Positions 10,447 to 19,756 of a DNA stretch of 64,000 bases are shown one piece after another; within the stretch, counting starts at the first letter, position 1; every line of letters starts with the position of its first letter. Made by a program: the position numbers and the translations under genes. This DNA comes from an uncultured Chloroflexia bacterium (GTDB lineage: Bacteria; Chloroflexota; Chloroflexia; QHBQ01; JADMIH01). Under the pieces are notes generated by a model. That model was not told the origin of the DNA. It ran no database searches and worked only from the letters and a program-made list of their open reading frames with translations. Location: NCBI GenBank assembly GCA_963797095.1, contig CAWCNY010000003.1, positions 864,001 to 928,000 of the forward strand. Direction: 5' to 3'.

Positions 10447-10779
10447 ATGGACGACATGAACGACAACCACAGCGCCGAATCACAAGAAGGACAACCCCAA
10501 GACAAACCTAAAGAAGACCTCCCCGCCGCCACCCTGATCGGGGCCAACATCGCAGGCATCAACGCCGGCCCCTGGGAGGGGGCAATTGCCGCGCCCGCGG
10601 CCAATGCTGCCGAGGAAGAAATCGAGCAGGCCAAAGGGGCTAGCGAAGAGGAAGAGGAAGAGGAAGACCTGGGCCCGATTGACGTGGACGCCCTCGCCCA
10701 ATTCGCGAGCGACGAAGAAAAGAGCCCCAACCAGGATATGCCCACAGGCCAGGGCGGCCCTGATCCGGCAAAAGGCTAG
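10447..10779 (+). CDS. Small acidic, probably disordered hypothetical protein
   Basis: AAGGAG RBS before ATG 10447; Glu/Asp-rich. Confidence 0.6.
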   Translation: MDDMNDNHSAESQEGQPQDKPKEDLPAATLIGANIAGINAGPWEGAIAAPAANAAEEEIEQAKGASEEEEEEEDLGPIDVDALAQFASDEEKSPNQDMPTGQGGPDPAKG

Positions 10780-10846
10780 CGCTCTATGTCCAGGAAGCGT
10801 CTGGCGCTTGGTGCGTAATCACAGCTACTAGGTCCTGGTCATATAT

Positions 10847-13800
10847 TCACGGCCGTGATCTTCCACTCCCTCCGCCACCAAAACTGCAGCCTGGAAAGAA
10901 AGAGTTAGCAACAATCTTGGAGGTCTGACCCCTGGTGGCGTTGTTGTTCGGCAGAAAGTAGGGCTTGTTGGTAGGCGGTACACACTCTCCGGCTGGTGGG
11001 GTGCTACATGCGTACCCTCCTAGCACGTTGTGTGAGTAAGCTGTCTCTACATACTCGTAGAATGTTGAGCCAACCGCCACGTCCTCGAATGTGTTGGTTG
11101 GTGGGTTCTTAAGCGTCCACCCCACAGCCTCCACAGCAGCCAGCACGTCTATCTTGGCTATCTGCCCTCTGGTAGCGTTGGAGTTGGGCCGGAAGTACGC
11201 TCGGTGCTCCTCGTCGCAAGGCTCTCCCACTCCACCGCACGCATATCCGCCTATGATCCCTCTGGAAGCCATCCTCTCCACATACTGGTAGAAGGTCGAG
11301 CCTATTGCAACATCCGTGAAGGTCTGGTTGGTATGTTCCTCAGAGAACCCCGCTGCCAGTGACACTATCTTGGATAGCTGCCCACGCGTGACGTTGGTTT
11401 GTGGGCGGAAGCAGGGATTACCCGTCTCGCACCCCTCCGAATATCCTGAAATGATACCCATACAAGCCATGCACTTGATGTAGTTGTAGAATGTCGAGCC
11501 TTCACGCACGTCCGTAAACTGGATCGCACAGGCGGTTGGCGTGGGCGTGCTGGTGATAGCAGGTATTGTAGGTGTACTGGTACCGGTCGCACTTTGGGTC
11601 CAGGTCGGAGTAGAGGTAAAAGCAGGTGTAGACGTAGACGTAGACGTAGACGTAAACGTGGCTGGGGCTGTGGGTGTTTGAGTAGGAGCGCTGGTCGCTG
11701 TTGTAGCCGAAGTGGGTACTTGGGTTGGAGAGGAAGTAATTGTAGGGGTGGTGCTTGTACACACATTTGAGTACCTCAGCACCAACGTCCCGCCCGGATC
11801 TTGATAGCCAACCGCCCATACATCCGTGGCGGATGCAACTGCGATGCCATGCAACCCATTACCCGCACTCCCTGGAGAAGGGCTGGAGGAGACTGACCAC
11901 GCGCTACCATCCCAGTGCAGGATCATGGTGCCGTAGACACTACTGCCCGTGTACTCACCCACAGCCCATATATCGGTCGCCGAAAGTGCATGCACACGAT
12001 GCAGGAAATTGTGCGTTACTCCTGGGCTGGGACTGGCGATAATCGTCCATACACTGCCATCCCAGTGCTCGACTAGGGTGCGATCCTGGTCACCGGAAAG
12101 TTCATCACCTTCGCCTACCGCCCATACGTCATCGCTCGCCACCGCGTCCACCCCCTCGAGCACGCTGGAATACCCTCCAAGGTTGGGGCTGGCCACAGCG
12201 TTCCACTGCGTCCCATCCCAGCGCATAGTAAGCGTTTGACCTGCACAACAACCCCCGTCATACGAAATACCGGCAGCCCACAAATCGTTCGACGCAATAG
12301 CCGCGACCCCAAGCAGCACGTTTTCATAATCCAAGGGGTTGGGGCTTGGCACCGTATTCCATTGGGTGCCGTCCCAGTGTATGGTGCCCGTAGCTACGAT
12401 ACCGCCTACCGCCCACACGTCGTTGCCCGAGATAGCCGCGACATCGGCAAGCGGTGGTGTTGTCTCAGGTGCAGCTACTATGCCCCAACTCGTCCCATCC
12501 CAATGCAATATCAGACCCTCCCCGTAGTCTACGATCAAGCCATGCTCTCCAACGGCCCATACGTCATTTGACGCCACGGCGGTAACCGCCCGCAGCACAT
12601 TAGTGTAGTCGGCTGTGTTAGGGCTGTCTATCGTGTTCCACTGAGCGCCGTCCCAATGAATGGTAAATGTATTATCCCCATTTAGGACCTCATAGTACCC
12701 GACAGCCCATATATCGTTCGGCGCGATCACGGCCACATCGGTTAGATTGTTAAAGGTTCCCTCATGATTTGGACTCGACACTACGCGCCAGCTAAGGCCG
12801 CAATCAGGTGTAGCTGTGGCGGGAATGACGGTAGGTGTTTGGCAATCTCCGCCATAATGTATGGTGAGCGTGTGCGTCCCGTTGATATCTTCGAATTCAC
12901 CGACGGCCCAGATATCTTGCCCATTCAGTGCGGCCACACCGAGCAATTGATTGGAGGTTGAGCCAGGCACATTGGGACTCGGAACTATTACCCACTGAGT
13001 GCCATCCCAATGCTCCACCAGGATACCAGATGAGCCGCCGCTCCCATCGTAACCTACAGCCCAGATATCTCCCGACGATACGGCGGAGAGGGATCGGAGG
13101 TCCTTGTTCGCATCATCGGGGCTTTCAACCTGGGACCATTGTGTACCATCCCAATGAATTACAAGGGCCTGGTGCGGGCTGGCCGTGTCTGAGTAATAGC
13201 CAACAGCCCAGGCGTCGTCTGCTGATATAGAGTCCACAGCATAAAGGTAGTTATGGTCGTCGCTTGTGCCGGGGGTGGGACTTGCGACATGGCTCCAAAT
13301 ACTGCCGTCCCAATGAAGGGTAGCAGTCAGATAGTTACTTTCTGTCCCACAGCAGTAGACGCCTACCGCCCACACATCCGCCGATCCTGAGGCTGACACC
13401 CCATACAGAATGCCCGCACTTTGCCCGAAGTCAGGGACAACCACATTGTTCCATTGCGAACCATCCCAATGTATCGTCAGGAAAGATTCATGACTTCCGT
13501 CCGAAGAAAAACCAACAGCCCACACATCGCTTGCTGAAATGGCTTTAACTGCCAAGAGTTGGTTCGCGTAGCTTCCAGGATTGGGGCTTGGTGTCCAACC
13601 CCAGGACGTGCCATCCCGGTGCAAAACGAGGGTCGAGCCACCCTGCAAACCGACTGCCCAGGCATCGTCGGCAGACAGAGCGCTCACTCCGCTTAGCAAG
13701 CCCGCCACTGAACCGGGAGTTATGGACCACTGAGTGCCATCCCAATGGTCTATGAGCGTGCCGCCATCGACGCCTGCGCCGTAACCTACGGCCCATACAT

Positions 13801-14062
13801 CGTCAGCCGACGTTGCAGTAACGGATTTCAGGTGATCATGGCTTGCAGTAAAATCGGGGCTGGGCACTATCGAGGCAGTGGGTGTACATGTGGCCAAAGG
13901 AATGATGTCATCGGTCCAAAGGCTTGACGAGCTGGCTTTGTTTACAGCTCCCACATCTGCCCCAGCGAGCGCCGTCCCCGCCATAACCCCATCTATAACG
14001 AATATTACGAGACAAAGAAACGCGAGCGGCTCATAGCCGCCATATTGCTTTCGATGATTCAT
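10847..14062 (-). CDS. Secreted surface protein: two blocks of 'DVWAVG...HWDG.W' repeats (probable beta-propellers), Thr/Pro linker, C-terminal SLH domains
   Basis: Signal peptide; ~14 repeats of ~49 aa; SLH motifs 'FTDV', 'TRGQLSKIV', 'ATRGQIAKI'. Confidence 0.88.
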   Translation of the reverse strand: MNHRKQYGGYEPLAFLCLVIFVIDGVMAGTALAGADVGAVNKASSSSLWTDDIIPLATCTPTASIVPSPDFTASHDHLKSVTATSADDVWAVGYGAGVDGGTLIDHWDGTQWSITPGSVAGLLSGVSALSADDAWAVGLQGGSTLVLHRDGTSWGWTPSPNPGSYANQLLAVKAISASDVWAVGFSSDGSHESFLTIHWDGSQWNNVVVPDFGQSAGILYGVSASGSADVWAVGVYCCGTESNYLTATLHWDGSIWSHVASPTPGTSDDHNYLYAVDSISADDAWAVGYYSDTASPHQALVIHWDGTQWSQVESPDDANKDLRSLSAVSSGDIWAVGYDGSGGSSGILVEHWDGTQWVIVPSPNVPGSTSNQLLGVAALNGQDIWAVGEFEDINGTHTLTIHYGGDCQTPTVIPATATPDCGLSWRVVSSPNHEGTFNNLTDVAVIAPNDIWAVGYYEVLNGDNTFTIHWDGAQWNTIDSPNTADYTNVLRAVTAVASNDVWAVGEHGLIVDYGEGLILHWDGTSWGIVAAPETTPPLADVAAISGNDVWAVGGIVATGTIHWDGTQWNTVPSPNPLDYENVLLGVAAIASNDLWAAGISYDGGCCAGQTLTMRWDGTQWNAVASPNLGGYSSVLEGVDAVASDDVWAVGEGDELSGDQDRTLVEHWDGSVWTIIASPSPGVTHNFLHRVHALSATDIWAVGEYTGSSVYGTMILHWDGSAWSVSSSPSPGSAGNGLHGIAVASATDVWAVGYQDPGGTLVLRYSNVCTSTTPTITSSPTQVPTSATTATSAPTQTPTAPATFTSTSTSTSTPAFTSTPTWTQSATGTSTPTIPAITSTPTPTACAIQFTDVREGSTFYNYIKCMACMGIISGYSEGCETGNPCFRPQTNVTRGQLSKIVSLAAGFSEEHTNQTFTDVAIGSTFYQYVERMASRGIIGGYACGGVGEPCDEEHRAYFRPNSNATRGQIAKIDVLAAVEAVGWTLKNPPTNTFEDVAVGSTFYEYVETAYSHNVLGGYACSTPPAGECVPPTNKPYFLPNNNATRGQTSKIVANSFFPGCSFGGGGSGRSRP

Positions 14063-14355
14063 AATCTTCTTCCCTAGCTCCCTTGCCAGAACGCATTACA
14101 GGACGCAAGTCATTGCTCGCCACTCGTCCTTGTAAGCACGCCATTAGAGCAGCCCTTATTGGGGCGGGTGGAAACCATAATCTCGTGGGCATTAAACCAC
14201 AAAAATATGTGATTAGCAACACATCCTGTCGAGTCTACGTGCCACATCCCCACATTGCTTTGTATACATACCTTCTGCACGTGAAATATCCTGCCAAGGG
14301 GTGTATAGTAAGGAGAACGTACTCGCATCTGAAAGGCGCACAAAGGAGAGCAACC

Positions 14356-15834
14356 ATGATAGCAGACGATGTACGAAGCTCCACACCAGACGCCCCCACA
14401 GGCCGGAACGAATACCCCTTCCTCGTAGCGGGCGAGTGGCGCACAGGCACTCCCTACACAGTGCGCTGCCCCTACGACGGCGAGCCGGTGGCAAAGGTGC
14501 ACCGCGCCGGGCCTGACGACCTGGAACAGGCCACCCAACCAGCGGTCAGCTCGTTCGCCACCACCCGCAAGATAGCCGCCCACCAGAGAGCCACCATCCT
14601 GCGCAAGGTGGCCGAAGCGATAGCAGCCGGCCAGGAAGAACTGGCCCGCACCATCGCCCTGGAAGCGGGCAAGCCTATCAAGCTGGCCCGTCTCGAAGTA
14701 AGCCGAGCGGTCGATGTGTTCGCGGTGGCCTCCGAAGAGGCGAGCCGCTTCCGGGACGAGCTATTGCATCTCGATGCCCTGCCGGGCGGCGAGAGGCGCG
14801 AGGCAATGGTCAAGCGCTTCCCGGTCGGCCCCGTGGCCGCCATCACCCCCTTCAACTTCCCCCTCCTCCTCTCGGCCCACAAGGTCGCCCCCGCAATCGC
14901 GGCGGGCTGCCCCCTGGTCCACAAACCCGCCTCCCAGACCCCCATCTCCGCCCTCAAGCTGGCCGAGATCGTGCTCGGCTGCGGCTGGCCCGTAGACGCC
15001 TTCAGCGTGCTGCCCCTGAGCAGCGCCGACGCCGCTCCCCTGGCCGAGGACGACCGCTTCAAGCTCCTCACCTTCACAGGCTCCCCAACGGTCGGCTGGG
15101 ACCTCAAGAAGCGCTCAGGGGCCAAGAAAGTCACCCTCGAACTTGGCGGCAACGCGGGCGTGATCGTCCACTCCGACGCCGACCTGGCCTATGCCGCCGA
15201 ACGCTGCTCAGCAGGCGGCTACTCCTACGCCGGGCAAAGCTGCATCAGCGTGCAGCGCATCTTCGTCCACCAGGACGTGTACGACCGCTTCCTCGCTGAG
15301 TTCGTGCCCAGGGTGCGCGCCCTCAAGGTGGGCCACCCCCTCGACGAAACCGCCGACCTCGCCTCCCTGATCACCGAGAGCGACGCCAAACGCGTGGGCG
15401 AGTGGCTGGATGAAGCGCGCTCCGCCGGGGCCGAGTGCCTGACGGGCGGCTCGTTCGAGCGCGGCGTCATGCAGCCGACCGTGGTAGCCAAAGCCGGGCC
15501 CGAGCTACGCATTAACCGCAACGAGGTCTTCGCGCCCCTGGTCACGGTCCAGCCCTACGCCGACTTCAACGAAGCGCTCAGCGCAGTCAACGACAGCAAG
15601 TACGGCTTGCAGGCTGGCCTCTTCACCAACGACGTTAAGCGCATTTTCCACGCTTACGATCAGCTTGAGGTGGGCGGCCTGATGGTCAACGAGATACCTA
15701 CCTGGCGCATCGACAGCATGCCCTACGGCGGCGTCAAGGCGTCGGGCTTCGGGCGCGAAGGCCTCAAGTACGCCATCGAAGAGATGACCGAGCCTAAGCT
15801 GATGGTGATCAACCTATACTCACCATCCAGTTAA
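14356..15834 (+). CDS. Aldehyde dehydrogenase family protein
   Basis: AAGGAG RBS before ATG 14356; 'ITPFNFP', 'FTGS', 'LELGGN', catalytic 'GQSCIS', 'PYGGVKASGFGREG'. Confidence 0.95.
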   Translation: MIADDVRSSTPDAPTGRNEYPFLVAGEWRTGTPYTVRCPYDGEPVAKVHRAGPDDLEQATQPAVSSFATTRKIAAHQRATILRKVAEAIAAGQEELARTIALEAGKPIKLARLEVSRAVDVFAVASEEASRFRDELLHLDALPGGERREAMVKRFPVGPVAAITPFNFPLLLSAHKVAPAIAAGCPLVHKPASQTPISALKLAEIVLGCGWPVDAFSVLPLSSADAAPLAEDDRFKLLTFTGSPTVGWDLKKRSGAKKVTLELGGNAGVIVHSDADLAYAAERCSAGGYSYAGQSCISVQRIFVHQDVYDRFLAEFVPRVRALKVGHPLDETADLASLITESDAKRVGEWLDEARSAGAECLTGGSFERGVMQPTVVAKAGPELRINRNEVFAPLVTVQPYADFNEALSAVNDSKYGLQAGLFTNDVKRIFHAYDQLEVGGLMVNEIPTWRIDSMPYGGVKASGFGREGLKYAIEEMTEPKLMVINLYSPSS

Positions 15835-16183
15835 TGCCGAACCTGTCCATAAGCCAGCCAACTTCGGCTCCCGACGGCTGGCTGGTCAGCGGCATCTTGA
15901 TCTTGCCTCCCTCGGCAAGGCCGTTGAAGATCTCGGTGAGCCGAGCTTTGTCCGTGCCTCCCACGGCGAGAGCCATGTTATCGCCCACCGTGGGAGGGAA
16001 GTTCGGATGGCCGTCCACGCCGATGATGAGCACCCCCGCCGCTTCGAGCCGCCAATAGACGATCCGATCCTCTGGACCCGTTTGCAGGTCGAGATTGCCA
16101 CCCAGCACTCTCTGATAAAACTCCATCGCCTCGCGGGCCTGCCCCTGAAAGTTGATATATGGGCTTACCTGAATATCGCGCAT
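15809..16183 (-). CDS. VOC/PhnB-like (glyoxalase superfamily) protein
   Basis: 'PYINFQGQAREAMEFY', 'LAEGG', 'DRFGINWMV'. Confidence 0.85.
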   Translation of the reverse strand: MRDIQVSPYINFQGQAREAMEFYQRVLGGNLDLQTGPEDRIVYWRLEAAGVLIIGVDGHPNFPPTVGDNMALAVGGTDKARLTEIFNGLAEGGKIKMPLTSQPSGAEVGWLMDRFGINWMVSIG

Positions 16184-16294
16184 TGTGTGTAGCTCCTCAA
16201 TCTATAATCTCTTGCCGGATCGAAATGCAGCCCTCCCAGGTTCCGAGGCGCTTTGCGCCTCTCCGTCTTACGTGCTGTGGGAGGAGCGCTCCCC

Positions 16295-16354
16295 GTCACA
16301 CGTGCCTGGTTTCGTCCGTCAATATTATGACGAAACATACCAAACAAATGTGAC
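16295..16354. promoter_or_regulatory. Pair of face-to-face ECF41-type promoters
   Basis: + strand GTCACA(16295-16300)-N16-CGTC(16317-16320); - strand GTCACA(16354-16349)-N16-CGTC(16332-16329); matches the ECF41 consensus TGTCACA-N16-CGTC. Confidence 0.75.
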
Positions 16355-16378
16355 TGGCAACTATGGGAGATATGACCA

Positions 16379-17293
16379 ATGCACGAGAGTGTGGACCAAC
16401 ACCAGTGGCTCGCCGAGCAATTCGAGGCCAACCGCTCCCGCCTGCGGGCCGTGGCCTACCGGATGCTCGGCTCTCTCAGCGAGGCCGACGACGCCGTGCA
16501 GGAGTCCTGGCTCCGTCTCAGCCGCGCCGGAACCGGCGAAGTCCAAAACCTGCCGGGCTGGCTGACGACGGTAGTGGCGCGGGTGTGCCTCGATATGCTC
16601 CGCTCGCGCAAGTCGCGCCGCGAAGAGCCTCTTGACGCGCACTTGCCCCGCATACCCGAGCCGATCGTGAGCCTGGTGGACCGCGAGGACGAGAGTGACC
16701 CTGAGCACCAGGTGTTGCTGGCCAACTCGGTCGGGCTGGCCCTCCTGGTGGTGCTCGAAGTGCTGGCCCCCGCCGAGCGGCTCGCCTTCGTGCTGCACGA
16801 TATGTTCGGCGTGCCTTTTGACGAGATCGCCCCCATCGTGGGGCGCTCCGCGACGGCGGCCAGGCAGCTCGCCAGCCGTGCCCGCCGCCGGGTGCGCGGC
16901 GCAGATGCCGTTCCCGATGCCGACCTCGCCCACCAGCGAAAAGTGGTCGATGCATTCCTCGCCGCCGCCCGTGGGGGCGACTTCGAGGCGCTGCTAGCGG
17001 TACTCGACCCCAACGTCCTCGTGCGTGCCGACCGTAGCGCAGGGCCGGCGGGCACGTACAGGGAAATACGCGGCGCGCAGGCCGTGGCGAAAGAGGCGCT
17101 CAGCTTCTCGCGCTTTGCCCCCTTCGCGCAGCCTGCCCTCGTAAACGGGGCGGCAGGCGTGGTGGCCTCTGCCAACGGGCGCATCTACTCGGTGATGGGC
17201 TTCACGATCAGGCAGGGTAAGATCGTCGAAATCGACATCCTCGCGGACCCCGACCGCCTTCGCCGTCTTGCCCTGGAGATCCTCAACGAGTGA
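16379..17293 (+). CDS. sigJ: ECF41 (SigJ-like) sigma factor with C-terminal SnoaL-like extension
   Basis: 'LRAVAYRMLGSLSEADDAVQE', 'IPEP' linker, 'RQLASRARRRV', 'VVDAFLAA..GDFEALLAVLDP'. Confidence 0.9.
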   Translation: MHESVDQHQWLAEQFEANRSRLRAVAYRMLGSLSEADDAVQESWLRLSRAGTGEVQNLPGWLTTVVARVCLDMLRSRKSRREEPLDAHLPRIPEPIVSLVDREDESDPEHQVLLANSVGLALLVVLEVLAPAERLAFVLHDMFGVPFDEIAPIVGRSATAARQLASRARRRVRGADAVPDADLAHQRKVVDAFLAAARGGDFEALLAVLDPNVLVRADRSAGPAGTYREIRGAQAVAKEALSFSRFAPFAQPALVNGAAGVVASANGRIYSVMGFTIRQGKIVEIDILADPDRLRRLALEILNE

Positions 17294-17639
17294 TCCTCAC
17301 TATCCCTCTCGAACCCGATATCTTACTCTCGCTGCGGAAGCAAGTAGGAAGAGGGCAGCCAGCTGATTGGACGCAGAGAATTGACGGAAGAAGCGTGGCG
17401 CGTCATCGAGCTGCGGCTGCGCACTCCACGGGCTTCCAGGCATCCTCCTGTCTGCCGGGCAGGCTAACGGCTCGAGCAAGGATATTTTCGTGCGCTTGCA
17501 ATGTGCTATACTGGAGGTAAGGCGCCGGCTCAGATGGCCGGTGGGGTCTCATGTGAGGCAACGAGTCTGAGGATGGGTGCCGGACGAACGTAGGTAGCAC
17601 GCCTCCGTGCGAGGGCACAATTACAATAAGGAATACACC

Positions 17640-18044
17640 ATGAAGCGACCTGTTGGTGTCACCATCCTCGCGGTCATCGCCATCATCTATGGCATCTTCA
17701 GTCTGCTCCTAGCCTTCCTGGGAGTGATCGGGATAGGTCTTGAAGCCTCCGGTTTGGCTACTGCGGCTATCAAGTACGAAGTTGGGACCCTTGCATACGC
17801 GGCGATATCGGATGCCATCCTTGGCATCCTCTACCTCGTCTTCGGTATTGGCGCCTTCAGGCTGAAGGGCTGGGCCTGGACAACGGGCATCGTCGCGCTC
17901 GTGCTGGATGTTGTCCGGCACATTGTTGGGTACGTGATCTCGGGATTCGGTGCCTTCTCGATCATCACCGGCGTGATTGCCCTCCTGCTGATCTGGTATC
18001 TCTTCCGCCCGAACGTACGCGCCGCTTTCGGAGAGGCAGCCTAG
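17640..18044 (+). CDS. Small 4-TM membrane protein
   Basis: 'KRPVGVTILA' start, hydrophobic helices, 'YLFRPNVRAAF' end; AAGGA RBS. Confidence 0.75.
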   Translation: MKRPVGVTILAVIAIIYGIFSLLLAFLGVIGIGLEASGLATAAIKYEVGTLAYAAISDAILGILYLVFGIGAFRLKGWAWTTGIVALVLDVVRHIVGYVISGFGAFSIITGVIALLLIWYLFRPNVRAAFGEAA

Positions 18045-18235
18045 CCTCCTCATCTTGGCGGTGTACCACGCACATGCAGCAGCGCGGCGGACGTGGGCGA
18101 CCGCGGATGGGTCCCGAGCGCCCTGAGCGCTGCATCGAACGAGCCTGTCTTGTGAGCAGGCTTGCGTAGCTCTGCTTTACAATAGCAGGTAGGGCTATGT
18201 CAACGTTCGGAAATCGACATGGGAGGTATCCGACT

Positions 18236-18877
18236 ATGAGCCAAACCGCTCGTCCATCGACCCCCAGCCCCGTATGGGTGGCCATCCGTAAGTTTATCGT
18301 CGTCCTGGACGTAGTGGCGGGGGTGATCGTGGGGGCCCTGCTGGCATTAGTCACGGGCATTCTGCTGGTCGCCGCCCAGATCCATGCCATGCAAACGACA
18401 GTCAATGGCTGGAGTATCACCATGATCTGTGGCAAGGCCGGCAACGGTATCCTGGTGCGCGCCGCTTGCGCCCTGACCCTCCCCATGGTCAACCTGCCGG
18501 CAGAGGCGGTGTACTATACAACGACTGTGGATGGTGCCGATCATACGCTCACTGGAGCGCATGACTACCTTTTGCACTTCCCTCCGGGAGGGCTGCCGCC
18601 CAATAATGCCTTCTGGTCGCTGACCATGACCGACAGGGAGGGGCACCTGGTGGCCAATCCGTCCAACCGCTACAGCGTCGGCGACCGGTCGGGGCTGGTG
18701 CCCAATGCCGACGGCTCCATTGACATCTACATCCAGACCGCCGCCCCGGCCGATCACACGGCGAACTGGCTTCCGTCCCCGAGCGGGAACTTCAAGCTCT
18801 GGCTCCGCGTCTATCAGCCTGGCGAGGCCATCTTGAACGGCACGTACCAGGTGCCGCCTGTCGTGGAGGTGCAGTGA
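18236..18877 (+). CDS. DUF1214 domain membrane-anchored protein
   Basis: 'PP.NAFWSLTM', 'NADGSIDIYIQ', 'NWLPSP', 'LRVYQP'; N-terminal TM. Confidence 0.85.
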   Translation: MSQTARPSTPSPVWVAIRKFIVVLDVVAGVIVGALLALVTGILLVAAQIHAMQTTVNGWSITMICGKAGNGILVRAACALTLPMVNLPAEAVYYTTTVDGADHTLTGAHDYLLHFPPGGLPPNNAFWSLTMTDREGHLVANPSNRYSVGDRSGLVPNADGSIDIYIQTAAPADHTANWLPSPSGNFKLWLRVYQPGEAILNGTYQVPPVVEVQ

Positions 18878-19572
18878 TGGCGAATGGGCACAACAACGAC
18901 ACGATAAGCCAGGAGAGCGCAACAGCGTCCACTTCCTCCACTTCCTCCACTTCCTCCCCGGCAGTCAAGGCCAGAAGCAGGTGGAAGGCCCACCCCCACC
19001 TGCTCATATTCGCCGTGACCGTCCTGGTGGTATGGGGAGTCGGCGCCTACGCTTGCACCTACTTCATTCCGCGTCTCTGGTACAACGGGGTGGAGAACGC
19101 CGTCCTCGACCACGGCCTCGGCGAAACGGGCTCCCCTGGCATTCCCATCAATACGCTCTATACGATGCCGACCCTTGCCACGCCCTCGCAATCCAACTCG
19201 TTGGAGAGCACAGGCAACCGCGACACGCTCTACACCGCTGGCTTGCTCGATTTGAGCACCGGACCGGAGGTGTTGCACGTACCGGACATGGCTGGCCGCT
19301 ACTACGCCGTCCAGTTTACCGACCCGTGGGGCACTGACTTCGCCTATGTGGGCCGGCGCACTACCGGGACACAGGCCGGTGACTATCTCATTACCGGGCT
19401 GGGCTGGAAGGGCACGGTGCCGGCCGGGATCACGCAGATCGTCTCGCCGGACAACACGGTGTTGCTGATCGGGCGCACGCTCGTAGAAAGTGACAGCGAC
19501 CTCGCCACCGCCTATGGGCTGGCGAAGCAGATACAGATAACCCCACTGAGTCAGTGGCAGCCCGGCCAATAG
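18874..19572 (+). CDS. DUF1254 domain membrane-anchored protein
   Basis: 'NRDTLYT..LLDLS.GP.VL.VPD..GRYY..Q..D.W', 'GRTLV'. Confidence 0.85.
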   Translation: MMANGHNNDTISQESATASTSSTSSTSSPAVKARSRWKAHPHLLIFAVTVLVVWGVGAYACTYFIPRLWYNGVENAVLDHGLGETGSPGIPINTLYTMPTLATPSQSNSLESTGNRDTLYTAGLLDLSTGPEVLHVPDMAGRYYAVQFTDPWGTDFAYVGRRTTGTQAGDYLITGLGWKGTVPAGITQIVSPDNTVLLIGRTLVESDSDLATAYGLAKQIQITPLSQWQPGQ

Positions 19573-19696
19573 CACGCCACCGGCATGGCGTCTCTCGCTG
19601 ACGCCGTATGAACTGCCTGAGGGCGTGTCCTAGGCTGGTCGCGTTTGGTCCTCGCCCACGCCTGAGAGGGGTGGAGTTATGAAACGCGCTCTCTCC

Positions 19697-19743
19697 CTCA
19701 AAAAGGCAAAATGGCGGCAGAACCGCCATTTTGCCTTTTTGAG
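19697..19743. terminator. Bidirectional intrinsic terminator
   Basis: 21-bp perfect inverted repeat CTCAAAAAGGCAAAATGGCGG/CCGCCATTTTGCCTTTTTGAG between convergent genes. Confidence 0.85.
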
Positions 19744-19756
19744 AAAGCCCTTACTC

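Noticed and set aside
14083-14355. N-terminal extensions in the ORF track (also 58549-58689, 47319-47411, 29817-29870)
   Set aside because: Better RBS and family-typical starts lie downstream
16283-16292. GGAGCGCTCC as a second CelR box
   Set aside because: Only the 10-bp core matches, it sits at an ECF41 promoter and the neighbouring genes are unrelated to sugars
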